NCBI GenBank assembly: GCA_964016885.1
Contig: OZ024742.1
Location: 365,304,001-365,368,000, forward strand
Origin: Eledone cirrhosa
Taxonomy: Eukaryota
DNA: 64,000 nt
Direction: 5' to 3'
Shown: positions 27,515 through 42,800 of the stretch, in pieces
Numbering within the stretch: the first letter of the stretch is position 1
How the letters are laid out: every line of letters begins with the position of its first letter
The notes under the pieces: generated by a model
What the model saw: the letters and a program-made list of their open reading frames with translations, nothing else
The model's database searches: none
Told to the model about the DNA's origin: nothing
Program-made: the position numbers and the translations under genes

Positions 27515-29348
27515 TATACTTTGGGAGGGTCATGTTGCCAATAAGAAACACACGCACCAGTTGCTTTCACTTCAATTTATTATATATTTATAAATTTATA
27601 AATTTACAAATCTACAAACTTATAAATTTCTGGTTGGTTGGTTGGTTCCACAACCAGATAGTTGTTTATATATAGTCATAGTCCTTTCGTCACACACTCT
27701 GTGACCTCTTCAGTGACTGGGGATTCCTTTCTTTGTTTCTGTGCCTTTCCTTTCTTCTGTCCTACGCCATTTTGTTTCTGTGTGTGTGTTGTGTGCTCAG
27801 TTTGCGCATGCGCCACATCCGGGTGTCTGTGTGTGTTTGTGTTCATTTATCTATTTGTTTATTTATTTACATGTTGTTGGTTGTTTGTTTGTTCTATGTG
27901 TGTGTGTGTTTTCATTTTGTCCTTAATTGTAAGTTGTGATGTTGCTGTTCCACTCATATTTTCTATTTAATTTTGGTTGTAATTCTTTTATGCTTACTGC
28001 CTCTGTAATTTGCCTAAACATTGCATCTTTTCTGTGTGTGGATTCTATTTTTATTTCTATGTTCTCTAATTTACCCTTGTGTTCTATCTTAGCATGTTGG
28101 TAGAGTACAGATGATACTTTATTATCTTGAAGGTCTCGCCAGTGTTCATTTATTCGTTCCCCTATACTACGAGCTGTCTCACCTATGTACACTATATTTT
28201 TGTTTCTACATTGTCATTCAGTACATCTTATGCTATACACTACATTTCTAGTTTTACAGTTAATATGGGGGCTTATTTTACAGGTTATACATTACTTATC
28301 TATACATGAGGGTCTTTGGAACGTGTATGTCTTGCTAATAAGTGTTTTTACGGAGGTACCTGGTCTTTCTACTATCTTAATATTGAGTTTATGTTTATTT
28401 AGGGCCCTTCTAAATTTGTAGGCTAGTTCGCCTCTAGGGGTTGTATTGATGAACATTACACTCTGGTATTTATTGCTATCATACCATGAGTTTATTCTAT
28501 TGGCCTTGTTCCTAGTTCTTTCTATTCTATTCCAAAATGTGCTCCTATACAAGGGGCAGGTCCCATTTATGTCATTATTTACCATTTTTTCCCATTTGGT
28601 TCTGGCTCCTCTATACACTCTGATTCTATCTCTCTGATTGTAGCCAGAGAACTGCATACGGTGGATGAAGTGTTGTATGTGTCTCTCTAGTTCTTCGAGG
28701 TTGCACATGCGGGACACATTTCTCATCACCCGTACCAAATCTGCAATCAGTATGTTGATTTTGGTATGGTCCGAAATGGCCGAGTTTCGGTGGATCAGAT
28801 GTTTGGAAGTCATGGGTTTGGCATAATGGGAATGGAGGATTTGTTTTTGGTTGTTAATGGTATCTAACCAGAGCTCTGTGTCTAGTACAGGTAATCGATG
28901 GTTGGGGTGTCTACTTGGGTAGTCTATAGTAACTCTAATGCTCTGGTGGATGGAGTTTGCTATTTGCTGGATGCTTTCCATTGTGTTTTTCTCTAGTTCC
29001 TGACTGTTCTTTAGTGGGGGTGTCTTAACTACGATGTTTATATCATCTACGTAGCGGGAGTACATTATCAGGGTTAAGCTGTCTTCTAATTGTTCTTTAA
29101 GTTTTTGTTTAAGTCTACTGTCCCACCATACCATGAATAAGTCAGCTATGTCGCCTGCAATGCTAATACCAATGGCTGCTCCTTCCTCTTGGGCATATGT
29201 TTTTCCATTAAATTTGAACATATGTTCCTTAAGGGTTAATTTTATGCTGGCCCCTACCGCATGTGCAATAATTTTCTTCAGTTCATCGTGGTTTTCGGGT
29301 GTCCGTATGGCTCTGGTCCACCCGTTCCATCTATCTGTGTGGGTTTAA
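27515..29348 (-). mobile_element. Penelope-like element, 5'-truncated: RT, Cys-rich linker, GIY-YIG, 3' UTR with HHR
   Basis: QEEGAAIG, SRYVDD and LPVLD in 28292-29221; NVVY..YIGETARS..R..EH in 27923-28290; a few in-frame stops. Confidence 0.92.
27674..27718 (-). ncRNA. Type I hammerhead ribozyme in the PLE 3' UTR
   Basis: agtca-CTGAAGA-g gtcaca gagtg tgtgac-GAAA-ggac-TA|-tgact. Confidence 0.85.
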
Positions 29349-29693
29349 ACAAAAAGACCCAATACCAATTATATATATTTTTCAATTCACATTCCACCGT
29401 TGCGAAACTTATTTAGGTTTCGAGGTTCAAATTCGTCTACAGAACAGGTTTGAATTTCGAAATTTAAATATGTCCAGGAATCATGGCTGTTGCCAATATA
29501 AGCTTGTCTTTATTGACTTATATCGAGACAGACAAATTGTATTTACTTTAATTAGTTTATTTCATTAATAGCTAACTTTGTCTGTTGCAATATGAACACA
29601 TTTCGTGTTTATCATATATTTTAAATGTAACTGCTCGGAAGAGCCCCTTCCTGGAGCTTAATTATTGTAAACGACTGAGAGTTTATTCTCAAA

Positions 29694-29724
<31 letters not shown>

Positions 29725-31035
29725 TAGTGGTTACACAACAGTTAGTTCACCATACCGAGAACAATCGAGATGTGTATGGTTATAGGAACAGGAAGGACAA
29801 CCGTACGAATGCGCATGCGCAGAAACTCGATCACTTCACACAGGCAATACTAGACTGCGTGCGGGAGGTGTAAGGGAGATAACTGCGAAAGTCCGGAAAG
29901 TTTTTAGGTTGAAAATAAAATTAAAAAAAATTAAAAATAAAATTACAAAGAATCAGTCCGGAGCTTTGTAGTTATGCAATAGATGTTTGGTGACGTGTGG
30001 ACAACGTGTGTAAAATTCACTTCTCGTGTTTAGGCAATCACTATTGCGTAATCTCTTTAGGACAGTTATTCGTTCGTCAATACATAAGCCACACGTCGGA
30101 TTTCTCCTTGCGTATGGCTTGGACTTAGTGATGACTTTCCATTGAATGGAGTAGTCTATACTTTAGTCCTTGAGGGACCATACGTGGCTCGCGAGTTTCG
30201 TGGATGAACGTCTGTCCGGGTATCTGAAGGTAGACTGGTGGTTCAGGAAACGCTCCTTGAATCGGCCCTCCACCATGCCCACATAGGATTTGATCTCCTG
30301 TGGTTCGTTTGGTCGGTTGGAAGTGACCACAGCTTCATAGATTACAGCTGGTGTGTTGCATTGCTGTTGAAGGGAGCAAGCTTCAGGATTACGGCAAGAG
30401 CACCCTGCTGGGGTGTTGCTCCTAGGGCTTCTGGTGATGTGGGCCTTCATGTTCTTAGCGCAGGAGTATCCTAGTTTAACTTTGTGTCGGTTAAAGATGG
30501 AGCGGTATTTATAACCTATGGGGAAGTGTCTATCTAAGAGGGCTAGAACTTTTTTCCTACATTGGTTTTAACGTTGAGTGAGAAGGGAGGAGAGAACCAG
30601 ATAGTTTGTCTATTGATGCGCTTACTTTTCTTAATGGTGTTGTTGCTAGTGGGAGAGTAGGTGATAGGTTGTGAGAAGCCGCTGTTAGCCAGCGCCGTGT
30701 TATAGTAGGGTGCCGCCCTGTCAAAGATAGCCTTACTAGAGGAGAGGTTTGAGATTCTAGTACTGATATTCTTAACGAAGTTTCTAAAAACAGTGGGAGG
30801 GAAGCATGTGTCCTTGTGAATGTAATTAAGTTTCTCGTTTAGCTTTTGGAAGGGTCTGTGGTTGTTAATTTTTTTTTTTTTTTTTTATTTTCAACCTAAA
30901 AACTTTCCGGACTTTCGCAGTTATCTCCCTTACACCTCCCGCACGCAGTCTAGTATTGCCTGTGCGAAGTGACCGAGTTTCTGCGCATGCGCGTTCGTAC
31001 GGTTGTCCTTCCTGGTCCTATAACCATACACATCC
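29725..31035 (-). mobile_element. Penelope-like fragment (RT thumb + GIY-YIG) with ~150-bp inverted copy of its 3' UTR at the 5' end
   Basis: IFDRAAPYYNTALANSGF, WFSPPFS, IFNRHKVKLGYS and AVIYEAVV..SYVGMVEGRFKERFLNH. 29767-29921 is the reverse complement of 30883-31035. Confidence 0.9.
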
Positions 31036-31139
31036 CGAGCTGAACGCATCAACCCACAGCTTTTCGCTCGCCGCCAGCTCTGATACAGACATGCCTGCCA
31101 CTTTCCACCAGATCATCCTACCAGGGCCTTACTCTCGTT

Positions 31140-31322
31140 TGATGCAGTGGTTGCAGGCTGAAAGTCACCAGGGAAGATCCCAGGAGGATCACATCACCTT
31201 GGAGGATACAGAGGAGCTGGTACGGGACTGCCAGCGATGGAAGGGGCTGATAGACCTGGCCGGCTCTACGCATGATCATGTTTCTGGGATCGCTGGCTTA
31301 GGATGACCCCGGCCTCGTCAAG
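31140..31322 (+). mobile_element. Probable RTE-type LINE extreme 3' fragment
   Basis: ..EELVRDCQRWKGLI.. resembles the RTE C-terminal DRxxWR motif; followed by (AG)n. Confidence 0.45.
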
Positions 31323-31328
31323 AAAGAG

Positions 31329-31387
<59 letters not shown>

Positions 31388-31388
31388 A

Positions 31389-31457
<69 letters not shown>

Positions 31458-31504
31458 ATTAATTTACGCAAACCTACATTTTTTCAGTTTATTGAGTGTT
31501 CATC

Positions 31505-32093
31505 TAACATACCTGGTATATATAACGTAGCTGGTATATATAACATAGCTGGTATATATAACAGAGCTGGTATATATAACATAGCTGGTATATATAACAT
31601 ACCTGGTATATATAACGTAGCTGGTATATATAACATAGCTGGTATATATAACAGAGCTGGTATATATAACATAGCTGGTATATATAACGTAGCTGGTATA
31701 TATAACGTAGCTGGTATATATAACATAGCTGGTATATATATAACATAGCTGGTATATATAACATAGCTGGTATATATAACATACCTGGTATATATAACAT
31801 AGCTGGTATATATAACGTAGCTGGTATATATAACGTAGCTGGTATATATAACGTAGCTGGTATATATAACATAGCTGGTATATATAACATAGCTGGTATA
31901 TATAACATAGCTGGTATATATAACATTCCTGGTATATATAACGTAGCTGGTATATATAACAGAGCTGGTATATATAACATAGCTGGTATATATAACGTAG
32001 CTGGTATATATAACATAGCTGGTATATATAAAATAGCTGGTATATATAACATAGCTGGTATATATAACAGAGCTGGTATATATAACATAGCTA
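31505..32093. repeat. 18-bp minisatellite TAACATAGCTGGTATATA, about 32 copies
   Basis: Direct reading; variants ACGT/ACAG/ATACC. Confidence 0.95.
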
Positions 32094-32929
32094 TAAAGGA
32101 CTCCAAAACTTTAATACATTCAACGCTGTCATTATTGACGATACGAGTCCACTAGGCTAACATAAATGCCGTATTTTAATAGCTTCATTCCTTGTCTTAT
32201 AATTCATCTTAAGCTTAATTCATTTGAAACTTAATCCGCTCTAATCTTTTATCATTTTGATAAATTCATAAATTTGTGTTTTCTTTCTTTCTATATTTAT
32301 TTAATATAATCATTCTTAATTATATATTTTTTTAATTATTTCTTTTTCTTGTAAATAAATATCCAATTGAAAATAAAATATATTTTGAAATAAAATTATA
32401 TAAACTAACAAAAATAAGACTGCATTCCTTTCAAAACAAAAGGTTAAAACTCTAATGTAATGTTTCTCTTCTTACTCTCGTCTTAATTATTTTGCTTTCT
32501 TAGTAATCTTCCGTGAAAAAAAAAGTTCATCTCATCACAAATGAAAGAAACAAAACCTGGTCCCCCACCCCCACCCACCCAACCACCACTTTCTAGCAAA
32601 TTGTGAAATTCTGATGTAATTTTCGTATTTCTACACTTAGTGTTCATGAAGGCGCGGGGCTTTGTGGCCAGGAATGGGCGGCTGGCGATTGTAATATCAT
32701 GGGTTCGAATCATGTAATGGAACATCTGTTTTATTCCTGACGAAGATATGTCAGTCCAAGTTACTCCAGTTCATATAAGGGAACATTAGTTGAGACGTCA
32801 CAGGTACCAGCTTGTATCTGCCAATAACTTCACTTCAGACATCTTAGGAACATTAGTTGAGACGTCACAAGTACCAGCTTGTATCTGCCAATAACTTCTC
32901 TTCAGACATCTTAACGTATCTATATAATG

Positions 32930-33122
32930 GTTTCTTATATAGGCCAGCATATTTTGGCGGAGGTGGAAAGTCGATTAAATCGACCCCGTACGTGACTGGT
33001 ACTTTATTTTATCGACCCTGTAAGGATGAAAGGCAAAGTTAACCTCGGCCGGATTCGAACTCAGACCATAACGGGCCGTAACTCTATGGTGGCCTCTACC
33101 GATACTGCCATTCCACTGCCCT
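32930..33122 (-). mobile_element. tRNA-derived SINE copy
   Basis: ctggtactttattttatcgaccc..aaggatgaaaggcaaagttaacctcggccggattcgaactc. Confidence 0.85.
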
Positions 33123-34599
33123 TGTATATAATGTACACATGTATATAATATACACATGTATATAATGTACACATGTATATAAGTTACACCGACACTAGAG
33201 GTAAGTTGTATCGGTCCATGTTTTGCCCTTAGGATGTATCAGTGGCGTGGGAAGTGAGCCTCGTATGAGGTGCAGCTAGTCTTCCACAAAATACATTACC
33301 CAAGCTTGTCAATAATATAAGAATTTTCCATATGCAACCCCATGAACTGTCAGGAGGGAAGGGAGCTTTAAAATCTTAATCAGTCTCTTGAATTCCTTCA
33401 TCAAGAAACGAAAACAGAAGTTGCATCAAATCTAAGCAAGGAGAGCCAACGAACAATGCTAGAAAAAGCAAACAAATATACCTCAGATACCACAAATGTC
33501 CGTCGCAATAAAATAACTGAAATAAGTCATTTAGTAATGGCATCTAATTCAGACATAAGGTCTGTAATCTGGGCTAGGGGAATGCCGAATAAATCGACCC
33601 TATTATTTGATAGGTATTATAATTTATCGAACTCAGAAGTATGATAGCCAAACATGACCTAGTGATATTTGGGAAAAAGAGAGAAAATACCACCGGAAGA
33701 TATGACTGACGCTCTCTAACTTCAGCCAATTCTCTAGTTTAACCCATTCATTATTTATATGTTAGACACTGTTAAGATGTACTATGGGAAAATGGTTAAA
33801 TTACCTTCGCAATTAGGAGGATACAGGTTCGGTGCAGTTGTTTGTTTTCCCTAGCAAGTGACCTTTATCTCATAGCCTAGAGTCCTCACAAACCTCTCCA
33901 ATAAAATTAGATATATTTAAACTGTTAGGTCTGTTGAAGAAAATGTATTTGTTATTGAAAAGGACGGCCTTTGTCATACACTGGGCAATAAATATACATG
34001 AAAATGTTCTTTAAGGCTAGAAACATTAATGTAATTACAATGTTAAATAGGACATTATTTAAAGTGTAGGCTGCTGGTGTCACCGAACAACTGTAACAGA
34101 CATCGGAAAAGCTGAGAAAACTCCATTGAATATAGTTCTGAAAGAACATGGTCGAAACTGGAACACTTTTAATCATGTTTGCAGGATCTGGGTTAACCTA
34201 CGGCTAAATAACTAGAACAACACCAACAACAGCAACCGCTGTATCCAAAACAATAAGAACAACAACAATAATAACAACATCAACCAGTCAGTGCAAAATA
34301 AACAACTAGAACAACATAAACAACAACCAGAAAGACAAGAACAATAAAACTAACAGCCAGTGCAGTATTTATAAAGTATAATAATAATAAATATTACACC
34401 AACAGCCACATTATCATATTAACAACAACAAAGCGAGGAGAAAGAAGAAGGCAACAATTAACCTCATCATAGTGGGTATAATTAATTAATAAAATAATTA
34501 ATTATAGTGTTGTCTTCTCCTGATATCATCTACGGCAGATGAATGGAGATTAATTCATTAAATATTCAACAAAGTCTCTTATCATATTATTGGCACAAG

Positions 34600-34674
34600 A
34601 GTATATATATATAGAGAGTGTGTCGTATGTACGAGGTGTGTGTATATATATAGAGAGAGTGTCTTGTATGTACG

Positions 34675-34748
<74 letters not shown>

Positions 34749-35427
34749 TGTGTCGTATGTATGTATGTGGTGTATATATATATATAGAGAGAGAGAGTGT
34801 TGTATGTACGTGATGTATATATATATAGAGAGAGAGAGTGTGTCGTATGTACGTGGTGTGTATATATATAGAGAGAGAGTGTTGTATGTATGTGATGTAT
34901 ATATATATATAGAGAGAGAGTGTGTCGTATGTACGTGGTGTGTATATATATATAGAGAGAGAGAGTGTTGTATGTACGTGATGTATATATATATATAGAG
35001 AGAGAGTGTGTCGTATGTACGTGGTGTGTATATATATAGAGAGAGAGTGTTGTATGTATGTGATGTATATATATATATAGAGAGAGAGTGTGTCGTATGT
35101 ACGTGGTGTGTATATATATATAGAGAGAGAGAGTGTTGTATGTACGTGATGTATATATATATATAGAGAGAGAGTGTGTCGTATGTACGTGGTGTGTATA
35201 TATATAGAGAGAGAGTGTTGTATGTATGTGATGTATATATATATAGAGAGAGAGAGAAAGTGTCGTATGTATGTGGTGTATATATATATATATATAGAGA
35301 GAGAGTGTCTTGTATGTATGTGATGTATATATTTATATATATAGAGAGAGAGAGTGTCGTATGTATGTATGTGATGTATATATATATATATATAGAGAGA
35401 GAGAGTGTCGTACGTATGTATGTGATG

Positions 35428-35458
<31 letters not shown>

Positions 35459-35652
35459 TGTCGTACGTATGTGATGTATATATATATATAGAGAGAGAGA
35501 GTGTCGTGTGTATGTGATGTATATATATATATAGAGAGAGAGAGAGTGTGTCGTATGTACGTGGTGTGTATATATATATAGAGAGAGTGTTGTATGTATG
35601 TGATGTATATATATATATAGAGAGAGAGAGTGTGTCGTATGTATATGGTGTG

Positions 35653-35683
<31 letters not shown>

Positions 35684-36040
35684 TGTGTCGTATGTATGTG
35701 GTGTGTATATATATATATATATACAGAGAGAGAGTGTATCGTATGTATGTGATGTATATATAAATATATAGAGAGAGTATTGTGTGTATGTGATGTATAT
35801 ATATATATAGAGAGAGAGTGTTGTGTGTATGTGATGTATATATATATATATAGAGAGAGAGAGAGTGTCGTATGTATGTATGTGGTGTATATATATATAT
35901 ATAGAGAGAGAGAGAGTGTCGTGTGTATGTATGTGATGTATATATATATAGAGAGAGAGAGAGAGTGTCGTGTGTATGTGATGTATATATTTATATATAT
36001 ATAGAGAGAGGGAGAGTGTCTTATGTATGTATGTGATGTG

Positions 36041-36079
<39 letters not shown>

Positions 36080-36101
36080 TGTTGTATGTATGTATGTGAT
36101 G

Positions 36102-36132
<31 letters not shown>

Positions 36133-36286
36133 TGTCGTGTGTATGTGGTGTATATATATAGAGAGAGAGGGGGAGAGTGTCGTATGTATGTGATGTATAT
36201 ATATATATATAGAGAGAGAGTGTCGTGTGTATGTGATGTATATATATATAGAGAGAGAGAGGGAGAGTGTCGTATGTATGTATGTG

Positions 36287-36330
<44 letters not shown>

Positions 36331-36350
36331 TGTGTCGTGTGTATGTGGTG

Positions 36351-36381
<31 letters not shown>

Positions 36382-37554
36382 TGTGTCGTATGTATGTGGT
36401 GTGTATATATATATATATACAGAGAGAGAGTGTATCGTATGTATGTGATGTATATATAAATATATAGAGAGAGTATTGTGTGTATGTAATGTATATATAT
36501 ATATAGAGAGAGAGAGTGTTGTGTGTATGTGATGTATATATATATAGAGAGAGAGAGTGTCGTATGTATGTATGTGGTGTATATATATATATATAGAGAG
36601 AGAGTGTCGTGTGTATGTATGTGATGTATATATATATATAGAGAGAGAGAGTGTCGTGTGTATGTGATGTATATATATATATAGAGAGAGAGAGGGAGAG
36701 TGTCGTATGTATGTATGTGATGTGTATATATATATATATAGAGAGAGAGTATGTATGTGATGTATATATAAATATATAGAGAGAGTATTGTGTGTATGTA
36801 ATGTATATATATATATATATAATGTATATATATATATATATAGAGAGAGAGAGTGTTGTGTGTATGTGATGTATATATATATATAGAGAGAGAGTGTCGT
36901 ATGTATGTATGTGGTGTATATATATATATATAGAGAGAGAGTGTCGTGTGTATGTATGTGATGTATATATATATATATATAGAGAGAGAGAGTGTCGTGT
37001 GTATGTGATGTATATATATATATATAGCGAGAGAGGGAGAGTGTCGTATGTATGTATGTGATGTGTATATATATATAGAAAGAGAGAGAGTGTGTCGTGT
37101 GTATGTGGTGTATATATATATAGAGAGAGAGGGGGAGAGTGTCGTGTGTATGTGGTGTATATATATAGAGAGAGAGGGGGAGAGTGTCGTATGTATGTGA
37201 TGTATATATATATAGAGAGAGAGAGAGAGTGTCGTGTGTATGTGATGTATATATATAGAGAGAGAGAGAGTGTCGTATGTATGTATGTGATGTATATATA
37301 TATAGAGAGAGAAAGAGAGTGTCGTATGTATGTGGTGTGTATATATATATATAGAGAGAGTGTCGTGGGTATGTGATGTATATATATATATATAGAGAGA
37401 GTGTCGTATGTATGTATGTGATGTATATATATATATAGAGAGAGAGTGTCGTATGTATGTGCTGTATATATATATATATAGAGAGAGAGTGTGTCGTGTG
37501 TATGTGGAGTATATATATATATATAGAGAGAGAGAGTGTCGTGTGTATGTGGAG

Positions 37555-37585
<31 letters not shown>

Positions 37586-37603
37586 TGTCGTATGTATGTG
37601 GTG

Positions 37604-37636
<33 letters not shown>

Positions 37637-37704
37637 TCGTATGTATGTGGTGTATATATATATATATATATATAGTGAGAGAGAGAGTGTCGTATGTATG
37701 TATG

Positions 37705-37754
<50 letters not shown>

Positions 37755-37769
37755 TGTCGTATGTATGTG

Positions 37770-37825
<56 letters not shown>

Positions 37826-37945
37826 GGTGTCGTATGTATGTGATGTATATATATATATAGAGAGAGAGAGTGTCGTATGTATGTGATGTATATATATATA
37901 TATAGAGAGAGAGTGTCGTATGTATGTGGTGTATATATATATATG
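34600..37945. repeat. 3.3-kb compound satellite (TA)n(GA)n-GTGTCGTATGTATGTGATG
   Basis: Dozens of ~40-50-bp units with variable TA and GA lengths. Confidence 0.95.
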
Positions 37946-38070
37946 CGTGTGTGTGTGTGTGTGTGAGTCGTAACTATGGAGTACAGATATGGAGGAACTT
38001 ACTTGACCCAATTAGTAACATTTTGTTCTTTGTTATATAAACACACACACATATATACATATATATACAT

Positions 38071-38106
<36 letters not shown>

Positions 38107-38300
38107 TGTGTATATATAGAAGGTGTTTAGTAATTGTACAGTATATTGGTTTGACAGGTAGAATGAGAAAGTGAAAGCGATTTGTGGAATCTGGTCGATT
38201 TATTGAGACAAATGAAATTGGTCCACACACACATAGAATAGATATATTAACAGCAATATGCCACAGCTGATACATGCTTAGACCTAGATGTCTGCAGTGT

Positions 38301-38342
<42 letters not shown>

Positions 38343-38689
38343 CGTGCCTGAGTGGTTACAGAGTTGGATTCGCAATTGTGAGGTTGTGATTTCGATTACT
38401 CTTTTACCTGTTTCAGCCATCCGGCTGAGGCCATGCTGGGGCACCGCCCTTGACATTATATATATATATATATAACCAAATATTAATATGGTTCATTCAT
38501 TACTCGATGAATATAGTTTTACAATAGATTAAAAGCACTCTACAAGAAAGTTTTCTTGAGTTATTAATATTATTCAAAATATTAATAAATGAAGACGTTC
38601 ACATAATCACATTTATGTATATATATATATATCTATATATATATATATATATACATACATACATACAGACACAGACATACATATGCACA

Positions 38690-39256
38690 TGGTGGCTGCC
38701 AACTCGTTTTCGAGTACGGCCACTACTTTATATCCATGTAGGAGAACCCCTACCGATGCGCTGAACGAGTGTGACTTTTTAGTCCAGCCAGCGACTTGAA
38801 AACTCTGGTACAAACACTACACTTGTGACAATTATTGACACATAGTGCTGGGCCCATGGTACCATGTGACGACAAGTGCAGAGAGATCTCCAGATATAAA
38901 GCAATTCCTGTGCCGTGAAGCTTTTATAGTGAGCAAAGGCACTACACAAAGCCAGTCCCACTCTCTTAACCAAGATGATATTTACCAAAAAGAAGAACAA
39001 GTCAACATCATTGGATACCATCAAGGTTGCAGGTGTTATATCAGAGTTTTCCTTCTCCTAGAATTCTGACAAAAGCTAAGGGGTCATCTCTCCTGGTGAT
39101 TTTGGATGGCCATTGACTCTTAAGAGCTCCTTTGGCCTTTGACAGGTTTTTTTTTTGTCCTGCAGGATGTCCAAAGTCACCCTCCTCACCAAGAAACCTT
39201 GGTGGGGTTGCCAGTTTAGTCGCCAACGACCCGACCATGAGACGTTGGCGACTAAA
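38690..39256 (-). mobile_element. Possible RTE-type LINE 5' UTR fragment ending in a hairpin
   Basis: Minus-strand ctaggagaaggaaaactctga resembles recalled RTE 5' UTRs. A 14-bp stem hairpin lies at 39213-39256. Confidence 0.4.
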
Positions 39257-39467
39257 CATATGCACATACTTACATATCTACATACATATATATACATAAG
39301 TAGATAGATATATAGATATGTAGATAGGTTATATTAGCAGGAATAGAAAGGTTGTGACGACTGACTAAATAGTCTCTCTCGTGAAATACATTAAATGTGG
39401 TGTTTTGAGGAGGTGGATCGATTGAAATATAACGACTGCACGCTTTTCAATATATATTCTACCTATA

Positions 39468-39536
<69 letters not shown>

Positions 39537-39596
39537 GTGTATGCATGTATGTATGTATGCATGTATGTATGTATGTGTGCGTGCGTGTATGCGTAT

Positions 39597-39643
<47 letters not shown>

Positions 39644-39736
39644 TACATATATATATATTTACAAATGTATGCCTATGTGTGTGTGTGAGTGCGTGTGTGT
39701 GTGTATGTATATATATATACATATTTATTTACACAC

Positions 39737-39772
<36 letters not shown>

Positions 39773-39825
39773 GTGCAGACATATATGCATGTACATACAC
39801 ATATTCATATACATTCTCTCATATA

Positions 39826-39870
<45 letters not shown>

Positions 39871-40228
39871 CCACATGTATATATCCATATATGTGCACAC
39901 ATATATGGATATACATATACATACTCATATAACTGTGCGTGTAGGTGTATGTGTATGAGTATATAAAAATGTATGAGCGTGTGTCGTGAGGACGGTCGTT
40001 CTTTCTATATGTGTGTTGTGAGTGTGAGGTTTAGATATTGCTATTTCTTTGTGTACGTAGTTGACCTCGTCTTTAGATGAAACACTGCCTGCTTCTCTTT
40101 CACTACAGCATTGCCAAACTTCTAGAGTTCTCTTATTCCTTTTATTCTTTTACTGATCTCACTCATTAAATTCATGCTGATTCATCGTACACACCCACAC
40201 ACACACTCACACACACACACACACACCA

Positions 40229-40277
<49 letters not shown>

Positions 40278-40282
40278 CATAC

Positions 40283-40418
<136 letters not shown>

Positions 40419-40738
40419 GAGCCCAGCATTGAAAAGTCATAGATGAAGCAGTCTCCTTTATATTCTCTTGAAATATTTTTACTAAAATATGTACCAATCT
40501 CTGTTTGTGATGACCTACATATACTCAACAATACACCTGACAAATATTAATTTTGTTAGTACCGGTGAGTTTATCCACTAATGTCTCAAAGATCGTTATA
40601 CATATACTCATATATAAATATATATCAGTGGATCTGATCAGCCAGTCTGCTAATATGCAAATCACGCCGATCAGTCACTGCATATTTTAGAAAATAGCAT
40701 ATATTTTCACTAGCTCTGACAGTTGACAGGTGAACAGT

Positions 40739-40788
40739 GAGCTGTACTGATGAAGGGTGATACCCAGAAACATTAGTGTCTGCAGTTC
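40739..40788 (+). ncRNA. Type I hammerhead ribozyme, intact, in a ~310-bp island between TA tracts
   Basis: gagctgta-CTGATGA-a gggt gat accc a-GAAA-cattagtg-TC|-tgcagttc. Stem I is 8 bp; GUC site. Confidence 0.9.
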
Positions 40789-40952
40789 TGTTCACATGCC
40801 AACACAAGAGCAAGAATGAAGTGTTCATTCTACTGTCATGGCTTTAAAAATGAGCCCTGTTTGCATAATTGCAAACGAATCGAATATTATTATAATATTC
40901 GAAAAACTCAGATTACATTTATTATATTCAGCCATGTAGAGCGAAAAAAAAT

Positions 40953-41650
<698 letters not shown>

Positions 41651-42736
41651 TTTCCCAACACTTACCTCTTAAACATGCAAACATAGAATATAAAATTAGC
41701 TGGACAAAGCTATCAAAAGCAAAGGCCTATCAAATTGGTATGTCCCACTGTGGTCTCTGTAATATGGAACTTTTTCAAATTTTAAATTACAAAAAGAATC
41801 TTCTTAACAGTAAAATTGAAAAAAACATTTTTAGTCGACATAAATCAGCAACTAAATTTGAGAACTTTAGACCAGCTTAATTCCATCTTATCTATTCCAT
41901 AACCCAGATTGTACCACTTGGATCTATTATGATATCACATTATCAACATCATCATCATCATTATAATTATAATTATAATTGTCATCATCTATCAAAAAAC
42001 ATCAAAACCTCTTATATTTACATTCTTATTTTATATATATATATTTTCACTCTTTATCTTAATATGTCTCTCCCTAAATTTATCTCATATCTGTCATTCT
42101 ATTTTATCATATAATATAACTTAAAACTAATTAATTAATGTATTTATTAAAATAACCAATACACACATAAATATATTTAACATTACCATATTTTCACCAT
42201 TTTTTCATACATTTTTATATATATATATTTTTATTTTTATTTATATTTATTTACGTATTAACGTTTATTCATCTATTTGTCCCTCTATCCTTTTTCTCTT
42301 CTCTCTATCATACGTTTATTCTTATTTACGTTTGTCTCTCATCTATATACCATCATATTCTATATATCTTTATATTTCTATCTATAATAATTTCTCCTTT
42401 TCTTCATCTTTCTCTTTTTTTTCTTTTTCCTTCTTTTTCCTTCCTTTCCTTTCTTTCTTTACTGTATGTATCTCCTTTTCTTCCTCCTTATCTCTCTATA
42501 TCTTTATTATTAATATTATTATTGATGATGTAATTTGAATTTGTAAATTTGCCTGTTACACATATATGTTTTGATCAGTTTCCGATGATCTAGTAGAGTT
42601 AACATCGTATTTAAAATTGAGTGGCACTGCTTTTAGTGTTCGGCAATTTATAGACAACTCTATCAATGAAACAATTGTTAGACTGCAAATAAATCCCCTT
42701 TTTTGTACTGTTGACCATGTTATTCTCCACTTTTTC

Positions 42737-42740
<4 letters not shown>
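41651..42740 (+). mobile_element. PLE 3' end: GIY-YIG C-terminus, AT-rich UTR, HHR
   Basis: YKISWTKLSKAKAY..CGLCNMELFQIL..LLNSKIE..SRH. HHR 42576-42685: cagttt-CCGATGA-long stem II-GAAA-caattg-TT|-agactg, then AATAAA. Confidence 0.8.

Positions 42741-42795
<55 letters not shown>

Positions 42796-42800
<5 letters not shown>

Noticed and set aside
31505-32093. CRISPR-like or coding (LYIPAM)n repeat
   Set aside because: Contiguous 18-bp units without spacers in a eukaryotic context; an ordinary minisatellite.
32730-32900. CTGACGA...GAGACGTC with a ~66-bp duplication
   Set aside because: The core is mutated and the stems are poor; more likely a retroposon fragment.
35333-38011. 892-aa ORF and the many [12 protein letters not shown] ORFs across the window
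   Set aside because: They are translations of TA/GA/CA microsatellites that simply lack stop codons.
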